From a plasmid, in sequence record NZ_CP143948.1: a stretch of DNA of 64,000 bases. One strand, written 5' to 3'. This document shows, one piece after another, positions 27,328 to 40,736 of the stretch; position 1 is the first letter of the stretch, and every line of letters starts with the position of its first letter. A model generated the notes under the pieces. It made no database searches. It worked only from the letters and a program-made list of their open reading frames with translations, and was not told where the DNA came from. The translations under genes and the position numbers were made by a program.

Positions 27328-30300
27328 TTATTCTTCATCAACTGATTCAGCATCTGTATCAATGACTCCGACTGCCTCTTTCTCTGCGAAATCCGCAAAA
27401 TCATCATCATCAAAATCAAGTGTATCGTCATCGTTTACATCGCTGTCAAGCTTGATATTACGATAAATCTTCATACCTGTTCCTGCCGGGATGAGCTTAC
27501 CGATGATTACGTTCTCCTTCATACCGATAAGCGGATCAACCTTGCCCTTGATTGCTGCCTCAGTAAGAACCTTTGTGGTCTCCTGGAATGAAGCTGCTGA
27601 CAGGAATGAGTTGGTTGCAAGAGATGCCTTTGTGATTCCAAGTAATACCTGTGAGCCAACTGCAAGCTCCTTGCCCTCTTCCTCGAGCTTCTCGTTGAGC
27701 TCTAAGAAGTCAAGGGCATCAACCATGCTGCCCGGAAGTAAATCTGAATCTCCCGGCTCCTCTACGCGGATCTTCTGTAAGCACTGACGAACTATAACCT
27801 CGACATGCTTATCGTTAATCTCAACACCCTGTAAACGGTAAACACGCTGTACCTCGCGGAGCATATAATCCTGAACCGCACGAACGCCCTTAATCTTGAG
27901 GATATCGTGTGGATTTACAGAACCCTCTGTAAGCTCGTCGCCGGCCTCAAGCTCCTGTCCGTCTACAACCTTGATACGTGAGCCGTAAGGAATGAGGTAA
28001 GCCTTTGTCTCGCCTGTCTCGTTGTTTGTAACGATAACCTCACGTTTCTTCTTTGTATCCTTGATTGTGGCAGTTCCGCCGAACTCTGTGATAATAGCGA
28101 GTCCCTTAGGCTTACGTGCCTCGAAAATCTCCTCTACTCGAGGAAGACCCTGTGTGATATCTCCACCGGCAACACCACCTGTATGGAAGGTTCTCATGGT
28201 AAGCTGTGTACCAGGCTCACCGATTGACTGTGCTGCGATGATACCGATTGCTTCACCAACCTGTACTGCCTGACCTGTTGCAAGGTTTGAACCGTAACAC
28301 TTAGCACATACTCCCATGTGTGAACGGCAGGTAAGCACTGTACGGATCTTAACCTGTGTGATTGGATTACCATTCTCGTCAACACCCTCTGCCATAACCT
28401 TTGCTGCACGCTTTGGTGTAATCATATGGTTGGCCTTAACGATTACATTGCCATCCTTATCGCAGATTGTATTGCAAGAGAAACGACCTGTAATTCTCTC
28501 CTGAAGGCTCTCGATTTCCTCTCGACCCTCCATGAATGCCTTTACAACCATTCCCGGAATCTCACGTCCTGTGCCTGCACAGCAGTCTGTCTCACGAACG
28601 ATCATATGCTGTGAAACATCTACGAGACGTCTTGTAAGGTATCCTGAATCGGCTGTACGAAGCGCTGTATCTGAAAGTCCCTTACGAGCTCCATGTGCTG
28701 ACATGAAGTACTCGAGTACGTCAAGACCCTCACGGAAGCATGACTTGATAGGAAGCTCGATTGTACGACCTGTTGTATCAGCCATGAGTCCTCGCATACC
28801 TGCAAGCTGTTTGATCTGCTTATCAGATCCACGGGCTCCGGAATCTGCCATCATGAAGATGTTGTTGTACTTATCAAGACCTGTAAGAAGTGCCTTTGTA
28901 AGGGCATCATCTGTATCCTTCCATGTCTCGATAACCTCTTTGTAACGCTCCTCATCAGTGATAAGTCCACGCTTGTACTGTCTTGTAATCTTATCTACAG
29001 TGTCCTGTGCATCAGCGATCATCTGTGGCTTCTGTGGTGGCACTGTCATATCTGAAATTGAAACTGTCATGGCAGCCTGGGTTGAATACTTGTATCCCAT
29101 AGCCTTGACATTATCAAGAACCTCTGCTGTTGTTGTAGCTCCGTGTGTGTTGATAACCTTCTCAAGGATCTGCTTGATCTGTTTCTTACCAACGTGGAAC
29201 TCAACCTCAAACTTGAGTGCATTCTCAGCCTTTGATCTGTCTATAAAACCAAGATCCTGTGGAATGTTCTCATTGAATATCAAAAGTCCTACTGTTGTCT
29301 CTGTAAAACCTGAAACCTCTGTGCCGTCAGGAAGCTTTACTGTACGGTGTACAAAGATATTCTGGTGAAGAGTAATCTCCTTGTTCTCGTAAGCGAGCAT
29401 TGCAAGATTAACACTTCCATAGTAACGGCCGAGAAGATCTATCGGTCTGCAAAGCACACGACGGTTTCCGTCTGTAACATCCTCAAACCAGATGAGGTCA
29501 TATAAGCCAAGCTCAGCCTTTCCTGTATTTTCATCAGGAGTTGTGAGCTTTCTAAGCTCCTCAATATCATTGTATACAGTGTCTGATGACACCTGTGCAA
29601 CCATCTTTGGATCATCCTTGTAATCAGCGAGCTTTCTCATTGTGAGGTAGTAAACTCCAAGGATCATATCCTGTGAAGGAACGGCTACAAGTCCACCATC
29701 AGAAGGCTTAAGCAGGTTGTTAGGTGACAGAAGCATGAATCTGCACTCAGCCTGTGCCTCAGCAGTCAGTGGAAGATGTACAGCCATCTGGTCTCCATCG
29801 AAGTCGGCGTTGAACGCTGTACATACGAGTGGATGAAGCTTGATTGCCTTACCCTCTACAAGGATTGGCTCGAAAGCCTGGATTCCAAGTCTGTGGAGTG
29901 TAGGAGCTCGGTTAAGCATAACCGGATGCTCTTTGATGACATCCTCAAGGACATCCCATACCTCCGGCTGAAGTCTCTCAACCATCTTCTTTGCACTCTT
30001 TATGTTGTGTGCGGTTCCGTTAGCGGCAAGCTCCTTCATAACGAATGGCTTGAAAAGCTCGATAGCCATCTCCTTTGGAAGACCACACTGATAAATCTTA
30101 AGCTTTGGCTCTACACAGATAACTGAACGTCCCGAGTAGTCAACTCGCTTTCCGAGAAGGTTCTGACGGAAACGTCCTCCCTTTCCCTTGAGCATGTCTG
30201 AAAGAGACTTAAGAGCTCTGTTTCCGGGACCGGTAACAGGACGGCCACGACGGCCATTGTCGATAAGTGCATCGACAGCCTCCTGAAGCATACGTTTCTC

Positions 30301-31176
30301 GTTACGAACGATAATATCCGGAGCTCCAAGATCAAGAAGTCTTCTAAGACGGTTGTTACGGTTGATAATTCGTCTGTAAAGGTCGTTAAGATCACTTGTT
30401 GCAAAACGTCCTCCATCGAGCTGAACCATTGGACGAAGATCCGGCGGGATAACAGGAATAACTGTCATAATCATCCACTCAGGCTTGTTTCCTGACTCAC
30501 GGAAAGCCTCTACAACCTCAAGTCTCTTGATGATACGTGCACGCTTCTGGCCTGTAGCATTCTCAAGCTCTGCCTTAAGCTCTGCCGAATCCTTCTCGAG
30601 ATCGATTGCTGCTAAAAGCTCACGGATAGACTCAGCACCCATTCCTACACGGAATGCTGAGCGGCCATAAGTATCGCATGCCTCCTGGTACTCTGACTCA
30701 TTGAGAATCTGCTTGTATGCAAGCTTTGTCTCGCCTGGGTCAAGCACAATATATGAAGCAAAGTACAGTACTCTCTCAAGTACACGTGGAGATAAGTCAA
30801 GGATGAGTCCCATACGTGATGGGATACCCTTGAAATACCAGATATGAGATACAGGAGCAGCAAGCTCGATGTGTCCCATACGCTCTCTACGAACGCTTGA
30901 CTTTGTGATTTCTACGCCACATCGGTCGCAGACAACACCCTTATAACGTATCTTCTTGTATTTACCACAATGACACTCCCAGTCCTTCGTTGGTCCGAAA
31001 ATCTTCTCGCAGAAAAGACCGTCTTTTTCAGGCTTTAATGTTCTATAGTTAATAGTCTCAGGCTTTTTAACCTCGCCATGTGACCACTCTCTGATCTTTT
31101 CAGGAGATGCTAATCCAATCTGAATCGCATCAAACTGCATTGCCTGATTATTTTCTATATTATTTGTTTCTGGCAT
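27328..31176 (-). CDS. rpoC: DNA-directed RNA polymerase subunit beta-prime
   Basis: 1282 aa, includes the NADFDGD catalytic motif. Confidence 0.97.
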   Translation of the reverse strand: MPETNNIENNQAMQFDAIQIGLASPEKIREWSHGEVKKPETINYRTLKPEKDGLFCEKIFGPTKDWECHCGKYKKIRYKGVVCDRCGVEITKSSVRRERMGHIELAAPVSHIWYFKGIPSRMGLILDLSPRVLERVLYFASYIVLDPGETKLAYKQILNESEYQEACDTYGRSAFRVGMGAESIRELLAAIDLEKDSAELKAELENATGQKRARIIKRLEVVEAFRESGNKPEWMIMTVIPVIPPDLRPMVQLDGGRFATSDLNDLYRRIINRNNRLRRLLDLGAPDIIVRNEKRMLQEAVDALIDNGRRGRPVTGPGNRALKSLSDMLKGKGGRFRQNLLGKRVDYSGRSVICVEPKLKIYQCGLPKEMAIELFKPFVMKELAANGTAHNIKSAKKMVERLQPEVWDVLEDVIKEHPVMLNRAPTLHRLGIQAFEPILVEGKAIKLHPLVCTAFNADFDGDQMAVHLPLTAEAQAECRFMLLSPNNLLKPSDGGLVAVPSQDMILGVYYLTMRKLADYKDDPKMVAQVSSDTVYNDIEELRKLTTPDENTGKAELGLYDLIWFEDVTDGNRRVLCRPIDLLGRYYGSVNLAMLAYENKEITLHQNIFVHRTVKLPDGTEVSGFTETTVGLLIFNENIPQDLGFIDRSKAENALKFEVEFHVGKKQIKQILEKVINTHGATTTAEVLDNVKAMGYKYSTQAAMTVSISDMTVPPQKPQMIADAQDTVDKITRQYKRGLITDEERYKEVIETWKDTDDALTKALLTGLDKYNNIFMMADSGARGSDKQIKQLAGMRGLMADTTGRTIELPIKSCFREGLDVLEYFMSAHGARKGLSDTALRTADSGYLTRRLVDVSQHMIVRETDCCAGTGREIPGMVVKAFMEGREEIESLQERITGRFSCNTICDKDGNVIVKANHMITPKRAAKVMAEGVDENGNPITQVKIRTVLTCRSHMGVCAKCYGSNLATGQAVQVGEAIGIIAAQSIGEPGTQLTMRTFHTGGVAGGDITQGLPRVEEIFEARKPKGLAIITEFGGTATIKDTKKKREVIVTNNETGETKAYLIPYGSRIKVVDGQELEAGDELTEGSVNPHDILKIKGVRAVQDYMLREVQRVYRLQGVEINDKHVEVIVRQCLQKIRVEEPGDSDLLPGSMVDALDFLELNEKLEEEGKELAVGSQVLLGITKASLATNSFLSAASFQETTKVLTEAAIKGKVDPLIGMKENVIIGKLIPAGTGMKIYRNIKLDSDVNDDDTLDFDDDDFADFAEKEAVGVIDTDAESVDEE

Positions 31177-31194
31177 TTTGGCACTCCCTTCTAA

Positions 31195-34100
31195 TTATTC
31201 TTCGTCATCAAGAACTTCATCAGCAAAAATATCGTCATCCGCTGTCTCAGGAGACTCTTCCTCTTCTATGTCAACAAGCTCTTCGTTGTCATCAAATTCT
31301 TTCTTTGAGAAACCATGCTCTGCGAATGACTCACTGTCCTCGAATGCATAGTCCTTATCGTTTCCGATAATTGAGTTGATATCTGTATTACCGTACTCAC
31401 TTGTCTCGATAAGCTCAACCTCTTCTCTGTTCTCATCAAGTACCTTGACATCCAGACCAAGTGCCTGAAGCTCTTTGAGAAGTACCTTGAATGACTCTGG
31501 AATACCAGGCTCAGGGATATTCTCACCCTTGATGATAGCCTCGTAGGTCTTGACACGGCCAACAACATCATCGGACTTCATTGTAAGGATCTCCTGGAGT
31601 GTATATGCAGCACCATATGCCTCAAGAGCCCAAACCTCCATCTCTCCGAAACGCTGTCCACCGAACTGTGCCTTACCACCGAGTGGCTGCTGTGTAACTA
31701 ATGAGTAAGGACCTGTTGAACGTGCATGAATCTTATCGTCAACAAGATGATGCAGCTTAAGGTAATGCATGTGTCCGATAGTTGTCTTTCCATCGAAGCA
31801 CTCACCTGTTCTACCATCACGAAGCTGTACCTTTCCATCCTTTGAAATCGGAACGCCCTTCCATAAGCTTCTGTGAGCTCTGTTTGTTGAAAGGTATTCC
31901 ATAACGTCCTCACGGAGTGTATCAACATATTTATCATAGAAGATTTCAGCATCTGCGCTCCAGTATGGATGCTCAGCCTGTAAATCCTTTTCAAGCTCTT
32001 CCTTATCGAACGGAAGATTTACGTAATCATTTGCAAGCTCAAGTGTATCCTCGATATCTACCTCGTTTGCTCCGTCAAATACAGGAGTTGAGATATTGAA
32101 GCCAAGTGCCTTTGCAGCGAGACTCAGGTGAATCTCAAGGACCTGACCGATGTTCATTCGTGAAGGAACACCGAGTGGGTTAAGTACGATATCCAGTGGA
32201 CGTCCGTTTGGAAGGAATGGCATATCCTCAACAGGAAGCACACGGGAAACGACACCCTTGTTACCGTGACGTCCGGCCATCTTATCACCGACAGAAATCT
32301 TTCTCTTCTGTGCAATGTAGATACGTACTGACTGGTTTACTCCCGGAGAAAGCTCATCGCCGTTCTCTCTTGTAAATACCTTGGCATCAACAATGATACC
32401 GTAAGCACCATGAGGTACCTTAAGTGATGTATCACGAACCTCTCTTGCCTTCTCACCAAAGATGGCACGAAGAAGTCTCTCCTCTGCTGTAAGCTCTGTC
32501 TCACCCTTTGGTGTAACCTTTCCTACAAGGATATCACCGGCACGAACCTCTGCACCTACACGGATGATACCTCTCTCATCAAGGTCCTTGAGTGCGTCGT
32601 CGCCGACACCAGGGACATCACGTGTAATCTCCTCAGGTCCGAGCTTTGTATCACGTGACTCTACCTCATACTCCTCGATATGAACTGATGTATACACATC
32701 ATACTCTACGAGACGCTCTGAAAGAAGAACGGCATCCTCGTAGTTGTATCCTTCCCATGTCATGAATCCGATAAGCGGGTTCTTTCCAAGAGCAAGCTCT
32801 CCCTGACTTGTTGAAGGACCGTCTGCGATAACATCGCCTGCCTTAACCTTGTCACCCTTAAATACGATAGGTCTCTGGTTGTAGCAGTTTGACTGGTTAG
32901 AACGAGAGAACTTTGTAAGGATATACTCTCTCTTGTTTCCGTCAGTCTCTTTTATGATAATGCGGTTTGACTCTGAAGATAATACCTCTCCGTCTGCCTT
33001 TGCAACTACGCAGACACCTGAGTCAACTGCGGCCTTTGTCTCAATACCTGTACCAACTACAGGAGCCTCTGTGGTCAGAAGCGGAACGGCCTGACGCTGC
33101 ATGTTTGATCCCATGAGGGCACGTGTAGGGTCATCGTTCTGCAAGAACGGAATCAGCGCTGTAGCTACTGAGAATACCATCTTTGGAGATACATCCATAT
33201 AATCAAATGCTGACTTATCGTACTCCTGAGTTTCCTCTCTGTAACGACCTGAAACTGAGTTACGTATGAAATGTCCTTCGGCATCAAGCTTCTCATTAGC
33301 CTGTGCTACGTGGTAGTTGTCCTCCTCGTCGGCTGTCATGTATACAACCTCTTCTGTGACTACCGGGTTCTTAGGATCAGTCTTGTCAATCTTACGGTAT
33401 GGAGCCTCTACGAAGCCATACTCATTGATTCTCGCATAGCATGCAAGTGAGTTGATAAGACCGATGTTTGGTCCCTCAGGAGTCTCTACAGGACACATAC
33501 GGCCGTAGTGAGTGTAATGTACATCTCGAACCTCGAATCCGGCACGGTCTCTTGAAAGACCACCAGGTCCAAGTGCTGATAAACGTCTCTTGTGAGTAAG
33601 CTCTCCAAGAGGGTTATTCTGATCCATGAACTGTGAAAGCTGTGAAGAACCGAAGAATTCTTTAACAGCGGCAGTTACAGGCTTTATATTGATAAGTGAC
33701 TGAGGTGAAATTCCCTCTAAGTCCTGTGTAGTCATTCTTTCACGAACAACACGCTCCAGTCTTGAGAGACCGATACGGTACTGGTTCTGTAACAGTTCTC
33801 CAACCGCACGAATACGTCTGTTTCCAAGATGATCGATATCGTCATCTGTTCCTGCGCCCCACTCTAAGTGCATATTGTAGTTGATAGTTGCGAAGATATC
33901 CTCTTTAGTAATATGCTTTGGAATAAGGTCAGATATATCTCTCTTTATAGCCTCGATTCTGTCCTCAAGAGAATCATACTCCTCGAGAATCTGAGCGAGT
34001 ACCGGATAGTAAACAAGCTCAGTAACACCGATAGACTTAGGATCCTCAAGCTCAGGAATCCAGCTTCTGATGTCAACCATCATAGAAGAAAGAATCTTGA

Positions 34101-35136
34101 CATTTCTTGTCTCTGTCTGAATCCATAAAGCAGGAACGGCAGCGTTCTGGATCTGTGTGGCAAGCGCACGGTCAACAACAGTACCTGCCTCAGCGATAAC
34201 CTCACCTGTAGAAGGATCAACTACGTCCTCAGCTAAAACCTGTCCACTGATACGGTTCTTTAAAGCAAGCTTCTTATTAAACTTATAACGTCCTACCTTG
34301 GCAAGGTCATATCTTCTAGGATCGAAGAACATTGCTGTGATAAGGCTCTCTGCACTCTCAACCGAAAGTGGCTCGCCCGGACGAATCTTCTTATATAACT
34401 CTAATAAACCAGCCTCATAGCTTCCCTGTGGCTCACGCTCTGTGATTGCAGGGTCCTTGCTGAATGATGCCTGGATCTTTGGCTCATCTCCGAACATATC
34501 GAGAATAGCCTGGTTTGTACCTACTCCAAGTGCACGTAAAAGTACTGTGATAGGTACCTTACGTGTTCTGTCTACTCTTACATAAAAAACGTCGTTAGAG
34601 TCTGTCTCATACTCAAGCCATGCACCACGGTTTGGAATAACAGTACAAGAATACAGGGTCTTTCCGAGCTTATCATGAGCAATTCCGTAATAAATACCAG
34701 GAGAACGAACTAACTGACTGACAATAACTCGCTCTGCACCGTTGATTACGAATGTACCGGTCTCTGTCATTAAAGGCAGATCACCCATGAAAATTTCATG
34801 CTCATTAATCTCATCTGTCTCTTTGTTGTGAAGTCTGACTTTAACCTTTAAAGGAGCTGCGTATGTTGCATCTCTTTCCTTGCACTCAGGAATTGTATAC
34901 TTTACATCATCTTCGCATAATGTAAAATCTACAAAATCAAGACTAAGCTTTCCGCTGTAATCTGTGATTGGAGAGATATCCGCAAAAGCTTCCTTGAGAC
35001 CTTCGTCTAAGAACCACTGATAAGAATCCTTCTGGACCTCAATCAGATTTGGCATCTGCAGAACCTCTTTTTGTCTTGAGTAACTCATACGCATGCTTTT
35101 TCCGGATGTGACCGGACGTATTCTGTTTTTCTCCAT
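31195..35136 (-). CDS. rpoB: DNA-directed RNA polymerase subunit beta
   Basis: 1313 aa. GAGAGGTGA RBS. Confidence 0.97.
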   Translation of the reverse strand: MEKNRIRPVTSGKSMRMSYSRQKEVLQMPNLIEVQKDSYQWFLDEGLKEAFADISPITDYSGKLSLDFVDFTLCEDDVKYTIPECKERDATYAAPLKVKVRLHNKETDEINEHEIFMGDLPLMTETGTFVINGAERVIVSQLVRSPGIYYGIAHDKLGKTLYSCTVIPNRGAWLEYETDSNDVFYVRVDRTRKVPITVLLRALGVGTNQAILDMFGDEPKIQASFSKDPAITEREPQGSYEAGLLELYKKIRPGEPLSVESAESLITAMFFDPRRYDLAKVGRYKFNKKLALKNRISGQVLAEDVVDPSTGEVIAEAGTVVDRALATQIQNAAVPALWIQTETRNVKILSSMMVDIRSWIPELEDPKSIGVTELVYYPVLAQILEEYDSLEDRIEAIKRDISDLIPKHITKEDIFATINYNMHLEWGAGTDDDIDHLGNRRIRAVGELLQNQYRIGLSRLERVVRERMTTQDLEGISPQSLINIKPVTAAVKEFFGSSQLSQFMDQNNPLGELTHKRRLSALGPGGLSRDRAGFEVRDVHYTHYGRMCPVETPEGPNIGLINSLACYARINEYGFVEAPYRKIDKTDPKNPVVTEEVVYMTADEEDNYHVAQANEKLDAEGHFIRNSVSGRYREETQEYDKSAFDYMDVSPKMVFSVATALIPFLQNDDPTRALMGSNMQRQAVPLLTTEAPVVGTGIETKAAVDSGVCVVAKADGEVLSSESNRIIIKETDGNKREYILTKFSRSNQSNCYNQRPIVFKGDKVKAGDVIADGPSTSQGELALGKNPLIGFMTWEGYNYEDAVLLSERLVEYDVYTSVHIEEYEVESRDTKLGPEEITRDVPGVGDDALKDLDERGIIRVGAEVRAGDILVGKVTPKGETELTAEERLLRAIFGEKAREVRDTSLKVPHGAYGIIVDAKVFTRENGDELSPGVNQSVRIYIAQKRKISVGDKMAGRHGNKGVVSRVLPVEDMPFLPNGRPLDIVLNPLGVPSRMNIGQVLEIHLSLAAKALGFNISTPVFDGANEVDIEDTLELANDYVNLPFDKEELEKDLQAEHPYWSADAEIFYDKYVDTLREDVMEYLSTNRAHRSLWKGVPISKDGKVQLRDGRTGECFDGKTTIGHMHYLKLHHLVDDKIHARSTGPYSLVTQQPLGGKAQFGGQRFGEMEVWALEAYGAAYTLQEILTMKSDDVVGRVKTYEAIIKGENIPEPGIPESFKVLLKELQALGLDVKVLDENREEVELIETSEYGNTDINSIIGNDKDYAFEDSESFAEHGFSKKEFDDNEELVDIEEEESPETADDDIFADEVLDDEE

Positions 35137-35410
35137 TGACGTTTCACCTCTCGTTTTTATTTTAATCTAGCAAATATCTAGATAATGATTCAAAAACCAC
35201 CCCAGTTACTATATCTTGTGGTTTTTCTCTTGTGCACATATTTGCGAATGCATTTTAGTGTAATTTACCTATTGACAAATTTGCATCATTTAAAAAATTG
35301 CATAAAAATGCCACTGCACCACAATAGTGCAACGTATACTATACAACAAATCACCGACAATTGCAAGTACTTTTTTATTTTTTTCACTGTCGCGCAATAA
35401 AAACATAAAA

Positions 35411-35452
35411 AAGAGCCGAGGCGCAAATAAAATTTGTCCTCGACTCTTTTTA
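35411..35452 (-). terminator. Rho-independent terminator after rplL
   Basis: GAGTCGAGG...CCTCGGCTC stem followed by a U6 run on the minus strand. Confidence 0.55.
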
Positions 35453-35481
35453 TATTTTTAATTAGCTCGTAACCTATCAGA

Positions 35482-35856
35482 CTACTTAAGAGTAACCTTA
35501 GCACCCTCTGCCTCAAGTTTAGCCTTAGCATCCTCTGCTGAAGCCTTGTCAAGCTGCTCTTTGATAACCTTTGGTGCGCCATCAACAGCGTCCTTAGCCT
35601 CTTTAAGTCCAAGACCTGTGATCTCACGAACAACCTTGATAACCTTAACCTTGTTTGGTCCAACTTCTGTAAGCTCTACGTCGAACTCAGTCTTCTCCTC
35701 AGCTGCTGCTCCGTCAGCTCCTGCTGCTGCAACTACAACACCTGCTGCTGCAGAAACACCGAACTCTTCTTCACAAGCTTTTACTAAATCATTTAACTCT
35801 AATACGCTTAACTCTTTGATAGCATCAATAAACTCTGCTGTTGTTAACTTTGCCAT
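35482..35856 (-). CDS. rplL: 50S ribosomal protein L7/L12
   Basis: [24 protein letters not shown]... start at 35856, after a GGAGGAA RBS. Confidence 0.93.
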   Translation of the reverse strand: MAKLTTAEFIDAIKELSVLELNDLVKACEEEFGVSAAAGVVVAAAGADGAAAEEKTEFDVELTEVGPNKVKVIKVVREITGLGLKEAKDAVDGAPKVIKEQLDKASAEDAKAKLEAEGAKVTLK

Positions 35857-35916
35857 TATAATTTCCTCCATTTAAAAATTTAATTATGATAATAAGGTTC
35901 AAATATAATATTTGAA

Positions 35917-36468
35917 TTATTCTGCTGCTGGAGCTTCCTCTGCAGCATCCTCTGCTGGTGCTGCCTCTACGGCTGCATCTGCAGCGCCACCCTGCTCTGC
36001 GATCTGATTGAGTACACGAGCAAGATTTGTGATAGGTGACTGAATGCTTCCAAGTAATTTTCCAAGAAGCTCATCTCTGCTAGGTACAGCGGCGATTGCC
36101 TTCATACCCTCAGCATCATAAAATGTTCCCTCAACTACGCCTGCTTTAATCTCTAAAGCCGGAGCTGTTTTAGCGAACTTAGCTAAGATTCTGGCTGGTG
36201 CTGTTGCATCCTCTGTTGATACAGCGAATGCGCTTGGTCCTTCAAGTACATCCTTTAATCCCTCGAACTCTGTTCCCTGGATTGCACGGTTTACTAAAGT
36301 ATTCTTGTATACCTTGTAAGTTACACCGGCTTCTCTTAACTGTTTACGTAACTGAGTATCCTCTGCTACTGTGAGTCCTAAGTAATCAACAACTACTACT
36401 GACTGTGCACCATTGATAACACCGGAAATCTCATCTACGATTGGCTGTTTAAGTTCTACCTTTGCCAC
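35917..36468 (-). CDS. rplJ: 50S ribosomal protein L10
   Basis: Conserved L10 N-terminus with an Ala/Glu-rich C-terminal tail. Confidence 0.9.
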   Translation of the reverse strand: MAKVELKQPIVDEISGVINGAQSVVVVDYLGLTVAEDTQLRKQLREAGVTYKVYKNTLVNRAIQGTEFEGLKDVLEGPSAFAVSTEDATAPARILAKFAKTAPALEIKAGVVEGTFYDAEGMKAIAAVPSRDELLGKLLGSIQSPITNLARVLNQIAEQGGAADAAVEAAPAEDAAEEAPAAE

Positions 36469-36700
36469 GATTCATTTACCTCCTTTTAGATTTTCGCATA
36501 AAAGACATGAGGTATTTGATTTATTAATCAAAGAAACCCTCCTGCCTGTCGACAGAAGGGTACAAGTCAAAATTCAAGATAAATCTCGAAAATTCCCTCG
36601 GTAGGTTCTACGTTTACGCCTTGCGGCACCTACTGTCTTCGGCAATATGCATTGCAATTATATCAAACTATATTACGGATGTCAATTACTTTCCGCAAAA
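36469..36700 (-). promoter_or_regulatory. Probable L10 (rplJ) autoregulatory leader region
   Basis: ~290-nt untranslated region upstream of rplJ within the rplKAJL cluster. Position matches the known L10-leader, but the structure was not verified. Confidence 0.3.
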
Positions 36701-36758
36701 CTTTTGCTTGGCGTTTGATAGGTCTTGTAAATTGTTTTACTGTAACTGTTTAACTATC

Positions 36759-37454
36759 TTACTGTGTAATCTTAACCACGTTTAACTTAACGCCAGGTCC
36801 CATTGTAGATGTAAGAGTTGCGCTCTTAATGTACTGACCCTTTAAGCTAGCAGGTTTTGCTTTATTAATTGCACCCATAAGAGACTGGAAGTTGTCGTTT
36901 AACTGCTCGTCTGTGAAAGATGCTTTTCCAACTGGCACATGGATAATGTTTGTCTTGTCCAATCTGTACTCAATCTTACCGGCTTTGATATCGTTAACAG
37001 CTTTTGTTACATCCATAGTAACTGTTCCTGCCTTTGGGTTTGGCATTAAGCCCTTTGGTCCAAGGACACGTCCTAAACGACCAACAACACCCATCATATC
37101 AGGTGTAGCAACTACAACGTCGAAGTCTAACCATCCCTCGTTCTGGATCTTTGGAATTAACTCCTCGCCTCCAACGAAGTCAGCTCCTGCTGCCTGTGCC
37201 TCGTCAACCTTAGTTCCCTTAGCGAAAACTAAAACCTTAACTGTTTTTCCTGTTCCGTGTGGTAATACAACCGCACCACGGATCTGCTGCTCTGCGTGAC
37301 GTCCGTCGCAGCCTGTTCTAAGATGAAGCTCGATTGTCTCGTCAAATTTAGCTGTAGCATTTTTCTTTACGATAGAGATAGCGTCAGCAACATCGTACTG
37401 CTCTTTCTTATCAAATGCCTTAACAGCGTCTTGATACTTCTTTCCTCTTTTCAT
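36759..37454 (-). CDS. rplA: 50S ribosomal protein L1
   Basis: [15 protein letters not shown]... start at 37454, after a CCAGGAGG RBS. The ORF track is over-extended to 37502. Confidence 0.92.
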   Translation of the reverse strand: MKRGKKYQDAVKAFDKKEQYDVADAISIVKKNATAKFDETIELHLRTGCDGRHAEQQIRGAVVLPHGTGKTVKVLVFAKGTKVDEAQAAGADFVGGEELIPKIQNEGWLDFDVVVATPDMMGVVGRLGRVLGPKGLMPNPKAGTVTMDVTKAVNDIKAGKIEYRLDKTNIIHVPVGKASFTDEQLNDNFQSLMGAINKAKPASLKGQYIKSATLTSTMGPGVKLNVVKITQ

Positions 37455-37576
37455 GAAAAAATAACCTCCTGGTGGTAATATCGGGAGAGGGCCCTCCCAC
37501 ATTTACGTTTCTTTGTTATTATTTTGAGCTGCATAAATTTGCAACTATTTTAGGGGTATGTTGGCTTCGCTAAGTG

Positions 37577-38002
37577 TTAGTCAACCACTTCAACACCCAT
37601 TGATCTTGCTGTACCAGCGATCATGCTCATTGCAGACTCAAGTGAAGCTGCGTTTAAGTCAGGCATCTTAAGCTCAGCGATTTCCTGAACCTGTGCCTTT
37701 GTGATCTTAGCAACCTTCTTCTTGTTTGGCTCGCCTGAACCAGACTGAATCTTGCAAGCTTTCTTGATTAATACCGGAGCAGGTGGAGTCTTAGTAATGA
37801 AACTGAAACTTCTGTCTGCATATACAGTAATAACTACAGGGATAATTAAGTCGCCCTGATCGGCTGTCTTTGCATTAAACTGCTTTGTGAACTCTACGAT
37901 GTTTACACCGTGCTGTCCAAGTGCAGGTCCAACTGGAGGAGCTGGAGTTGCCTTTCCAGCAGGGATCTGCAATTTAATGTATCCTTCTACTTTCTTTGCC
38001 AT
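37577..38002 (-). CDS. rplK: 50S ribosomal protein L11
   Basis: 141 aa conserved L11 sequence. Confidence 0.95.
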   Translation of the reverse strand: MAKKVEGYIKLQIPAGKATPAPPVGPALGQHGVNIVEFTKQFNAKTADQGDLIIPVVITVYADRSFSFITKTPPAPVLIKKACKIQSGSGEPNKKKVAKITKAQVQEIAELKMPDLNAASLESAMSMIAGTARSMGVEVVD

Positions 38003-38016
38003 TTGGAATTGCCTCC

Positions 38017-38535
38017 TTAATTTGTTTTCTTAACATCTGCGAAACTTACTTCTACCGGTGTCTCGCGACCGAACAGCTCTACATTAATTGTAACTGTCTG
38101 CTTGTGATAATTCATAGCTGTGATAACACCGACTGTATCCTTCCAGACACCGCCGATAACGACTATCATGTCACCCTCAGCAAAATCAACTACCACGTTT
38201 TCCGTCTTAATACCCAAAGGTCTCATCTCGGCTTCTGTGAGAGGAACCGGTTTGCTTCCCGGACCTACAAATCCAGTTACGCCTCTGGTATTTCGCACAA
38301 CGTACCATGTATCATCATTCATAATCATATGAATAAGAACATAGCCCGGAAACATCTTCTTGGAAACCTGTTTACGAACACCGTTCTTCACCTCTGTGAC
38401 GTCCTCCAATGGAACACGCACTTCAAGGATCTGGTCCTCAAGATGTCTGTTTTCGATTGTTTTGTCAATATTAGCTTTGACTTTGTTTTCATAACCTGAA
38501 TAGGTATGAACTACATACCAGTTCGCTTCTGTCAT
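38017..38535 (-). CDS. nusG: Transcription termination/antitermination factor NusG
   Basis: NGN and KOW domains. Start at MTEANWYVV, after a GGAGGC RBS. Confidence 0.9.
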   Translation of the reverse strand: MTEANWYVVHTYSGYENKVKANIDKTIENRHLEDQILEVRVPLEDVTEVKNGVRKQVSKKMFPGYVLIHMIMNDDTWYVVRNTRGVTGFVGPGSKPVPLTEAEMRPLGIKTENVVVDFAEGDMIVVIGGVWKDTVGVITAMNYHKQTVTINVELFGRETPVEVSFADVKKTN

Positions 38536-38553
38536 AATCACTTTGCCTCCGTT

Positions 38554-38769
38554 TTAAAAATGTAAACCAATAAGGAAATCTACGCCCTGCTGGATACCCC
38601 AGTCAAGAAGCGCAATAATAAGACCGGTAACTACTGAAACCGCCAGCACTGCAATGGTCTGTCTGATGACCGATTGCTTCTCAGGCCAGATAATCTTCTG
38701 AAATTCAGCTTTCAGACCTGAAAACCAGCTTGTTTTTGGAGCCTTTTCGACTTTTTCATTCTGTCCCAT
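38554..38769 (-). CDS. secE: Preprotein translocase subunit SecE
   Basis: Single C-terminal TM helix. Start at MGQNEK..., after an AAGGAG RBS. Confidence 0.85.
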   Translation of the reverse strand: MGQNEKVEKAPKTSWFSGLKAEFQKIIWPEKQSVIRQTIAVLAVSVVTGLIIALLDWGIQQGVDFLIGLHF

Positions 38770-38796
38770 AATGTACTCCTTCACTCAGTTCCTAGA

Positions 38797-38946
38797 CTAT
38801 TTTGTTTCCTTGTGCATTGTATGAGTTCTGCAGAATCTACAATACTTCTTGGTTTCCATTCTGTCCGGATGAGTTTTTTTGTCCTTTGTCATGTTGTAAT
38901 TACGACGCTGACATTCTGTGCACGCTAATGTAATCTTTGTACGCAC
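38797..38946 (-). CDS. rpmG: 50S ribosomal protein L33
   Basis: Not in the ORF track because it is under 60 aa. GTG start at 38946 after a CGGAGGTGGA RBS. Translation is [49 protein letters not shown], showing the L33 zinc-ribbon Cys pairs. Confidence 0.85.
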   Translation of the reverse strand: MRTKITLACTECQRRNYNMTKDKKTHPDRMETKKYCRFCRTHTMHKETK

Positions 38947-39388
38947 GACTTCCACCTCCGTTTAAATTCTTTGTTGTTTGTACCCTTAAAAAAAGGCATA
39001 AAAAAAAGACCTATTTCCAAGCCTGTATACTATATCACAGTTGAGCCGTAACCGTCAATAGCTATTTTAAAATTTATTGCAAATTCTTTTGAACAGTGCC
39101 GCTGTCTGTACCTTTTTGTATGTCCGGCAGCAATTAATTTTTATAAATCTTACAGATACATAACTAAATATAGTACATTTATCTGAATTTTTCAAGTATT
39201 TTGTTGTTGTAAATCCTCAATTATGACGATATAATATATGTGTATAAGTAGGATTTGATAATTAAAAATTTTACATAGCTTATTATAGCTGCAGTTAAGC
39301 ATTAGTAATCGCAGCTATACAATATAATATTTAAAGGATTACCATTTAACGGATTAAACGATTTTCACGGATGAAAGGAGGGGTCTTT

Positions 39389-40690
39389 ATGGCAAAGATA
39401 GACAGTGCCTACGCTTACTATGCCAGCACTTATGCCAATAAAGAGGTATCGCGCTATGATTCGCACAAGAAAAGCGATCTGCGCAAGATATACAACAGAA
39501 TAATAAAGACAAATAAAGAGTCCCCTCTGTACAAGATTTCCAATATGTCCGAGGCCAAGAAATATGCTATCGATATAAAGGAAAGCTCTAAGGCCATCTT
39601 AAATGCCGTGGATTCGCTTTCCGATAAATACGCAGGCTCCTCTGACTCCTTCCAGAAGAAGGTTGCGGAGTCATCTAATGAGGATGCTGTAGGCGTGCGC
39701 TACGTGGGTGACGGCTCAGAGAATAAAGGAGCAGACGGCTTTGATATAGAGGTCAGGCAGCTCGCCGCACCACAGGTCAATACCGGCAGCTACTTAGACA
39801 GCAAGGCTCTGTCCTTTATACCGGGCAGCTATTCTTTTGACATAAATACCAATGCATCATCCTATGAGTTCCAGTTCGGAGTGAGCACCGGTGAAACAAA
39901 CGGCGAGGTGCAGGACAAGCTCAAGAGGCTCATAAACGCATCCGGTCTTGGCATCGAGGCAGACATAGTCCATGATGACTCAGGCAAGGCAGCGCTTCAG
40001 CTTACATCAATGCAGACAGGTCTCAGCGAAACTGAGGATTCTCTCTTTAGTGTGGCTCCGTCAGCTAACGCAGAGTCCATAAGCATGATGAAGCAACTGG
40101 GTATTGATAAGGTATCATCCCCTGCCCACAACTCTGACTTTTCGCTGAATGGCACCGCGCACTCATCCTTGTCCAACACCTTTACCATCAATAATACCTT
40201 TGAGCTCACGCTCAAAAAGCCGACCACAGATACAGGTGCCGCAGCCATCGGTTTTAAGACCAATTCCGATGCAGTTGCCGACAATGTGCAGACTCTGGTT
40301 GACGCATACAATAAGATGATAGACGTGGCAGATGATTATTCAGTGAACGACTCTGCAGATGCCACAAGGCTGCTTCGTGATATACGCTCCATCACAAAGG
40401 GCTCACAGTCAAAGCTTTCCTACATCGGTCTCATGACAGACGATAACGGCAAGCTCACTATTGACCGCGATATCCTCGCCGGTGCACTTAGTCCGGACAG
40501 AGCTGATGACACCTTCAACACTCTTACAGCACTAAAGGATGCAATAGGTGACAAAGCAAACTCTGTGACAGTCAACCCTATGAACTATGTGCAGAAGGTT
40601 GTTGTGGCATATAAGAATCCCGGGCACAATTTCAACACACCATATATTTCGTCAATTTATTCAGGCATGATGCTTGACAGCTACGCATAA
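39389..40690 (+). CDS. Hypothetical protein (Ser/Asp/Asn-rich, 433 aa)
   Basis: AAGGAGGGG RBS before ATG 39389. No recognisable domain. Confidence 0.55.
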   Translation: MAKIDSAYAYYASTYANKEVSRYDSHKKSDLRKIYNRIIKTNKESPLYKISNMSEAKKYAIDIKESSKAILNAVDSLSDKYAGSSDSFQKKVAESSNEDAVGVRYVGDGSENKGADGFDIEVRQLAAPQVNTGSYLDSKALSFIPGSYSFDINTNASSYEFQFGVSTGETNGEVQDKLKRLINASGLGIEADIVHDDSGKAALQLTSMQTGLSETEDSLFSVAPSANAESISMMKQLGIDKVSSPAHNSDFSLNGTAHSSLSNTFTINNTFELTLKKPTTDTGAAAIGFKTNSDAVADNVQTLVDAYNKMIDVADDYSVNDSADATRLLRDIRSITKGSQSKLSYIGLMTDDNGKLTIDRDILAGALSPDRADDTFNTLTALKDAIGDKANSVTVNPMNYVQKVVVAYKNPGHNFNTPYISSIYSGMMLDSYA

Positions 40691-40736
40691 ACGGCTGTTG
40701 TACCAAATCAGTACAACAGCCGTTATTTTATATTTT

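Noticed and set aside
24259-31571. Numerous 60-140 aa ORFs on the opposite strand or alternate frames within fusA, rpoC and rpoB (for example 24259..24672, 27491..27787, 28532..28945)
   Set aside because: They are embedded in highly conserved long CDSs, lack RBSs and have the biased composition typical of antisense frames. Spurious.
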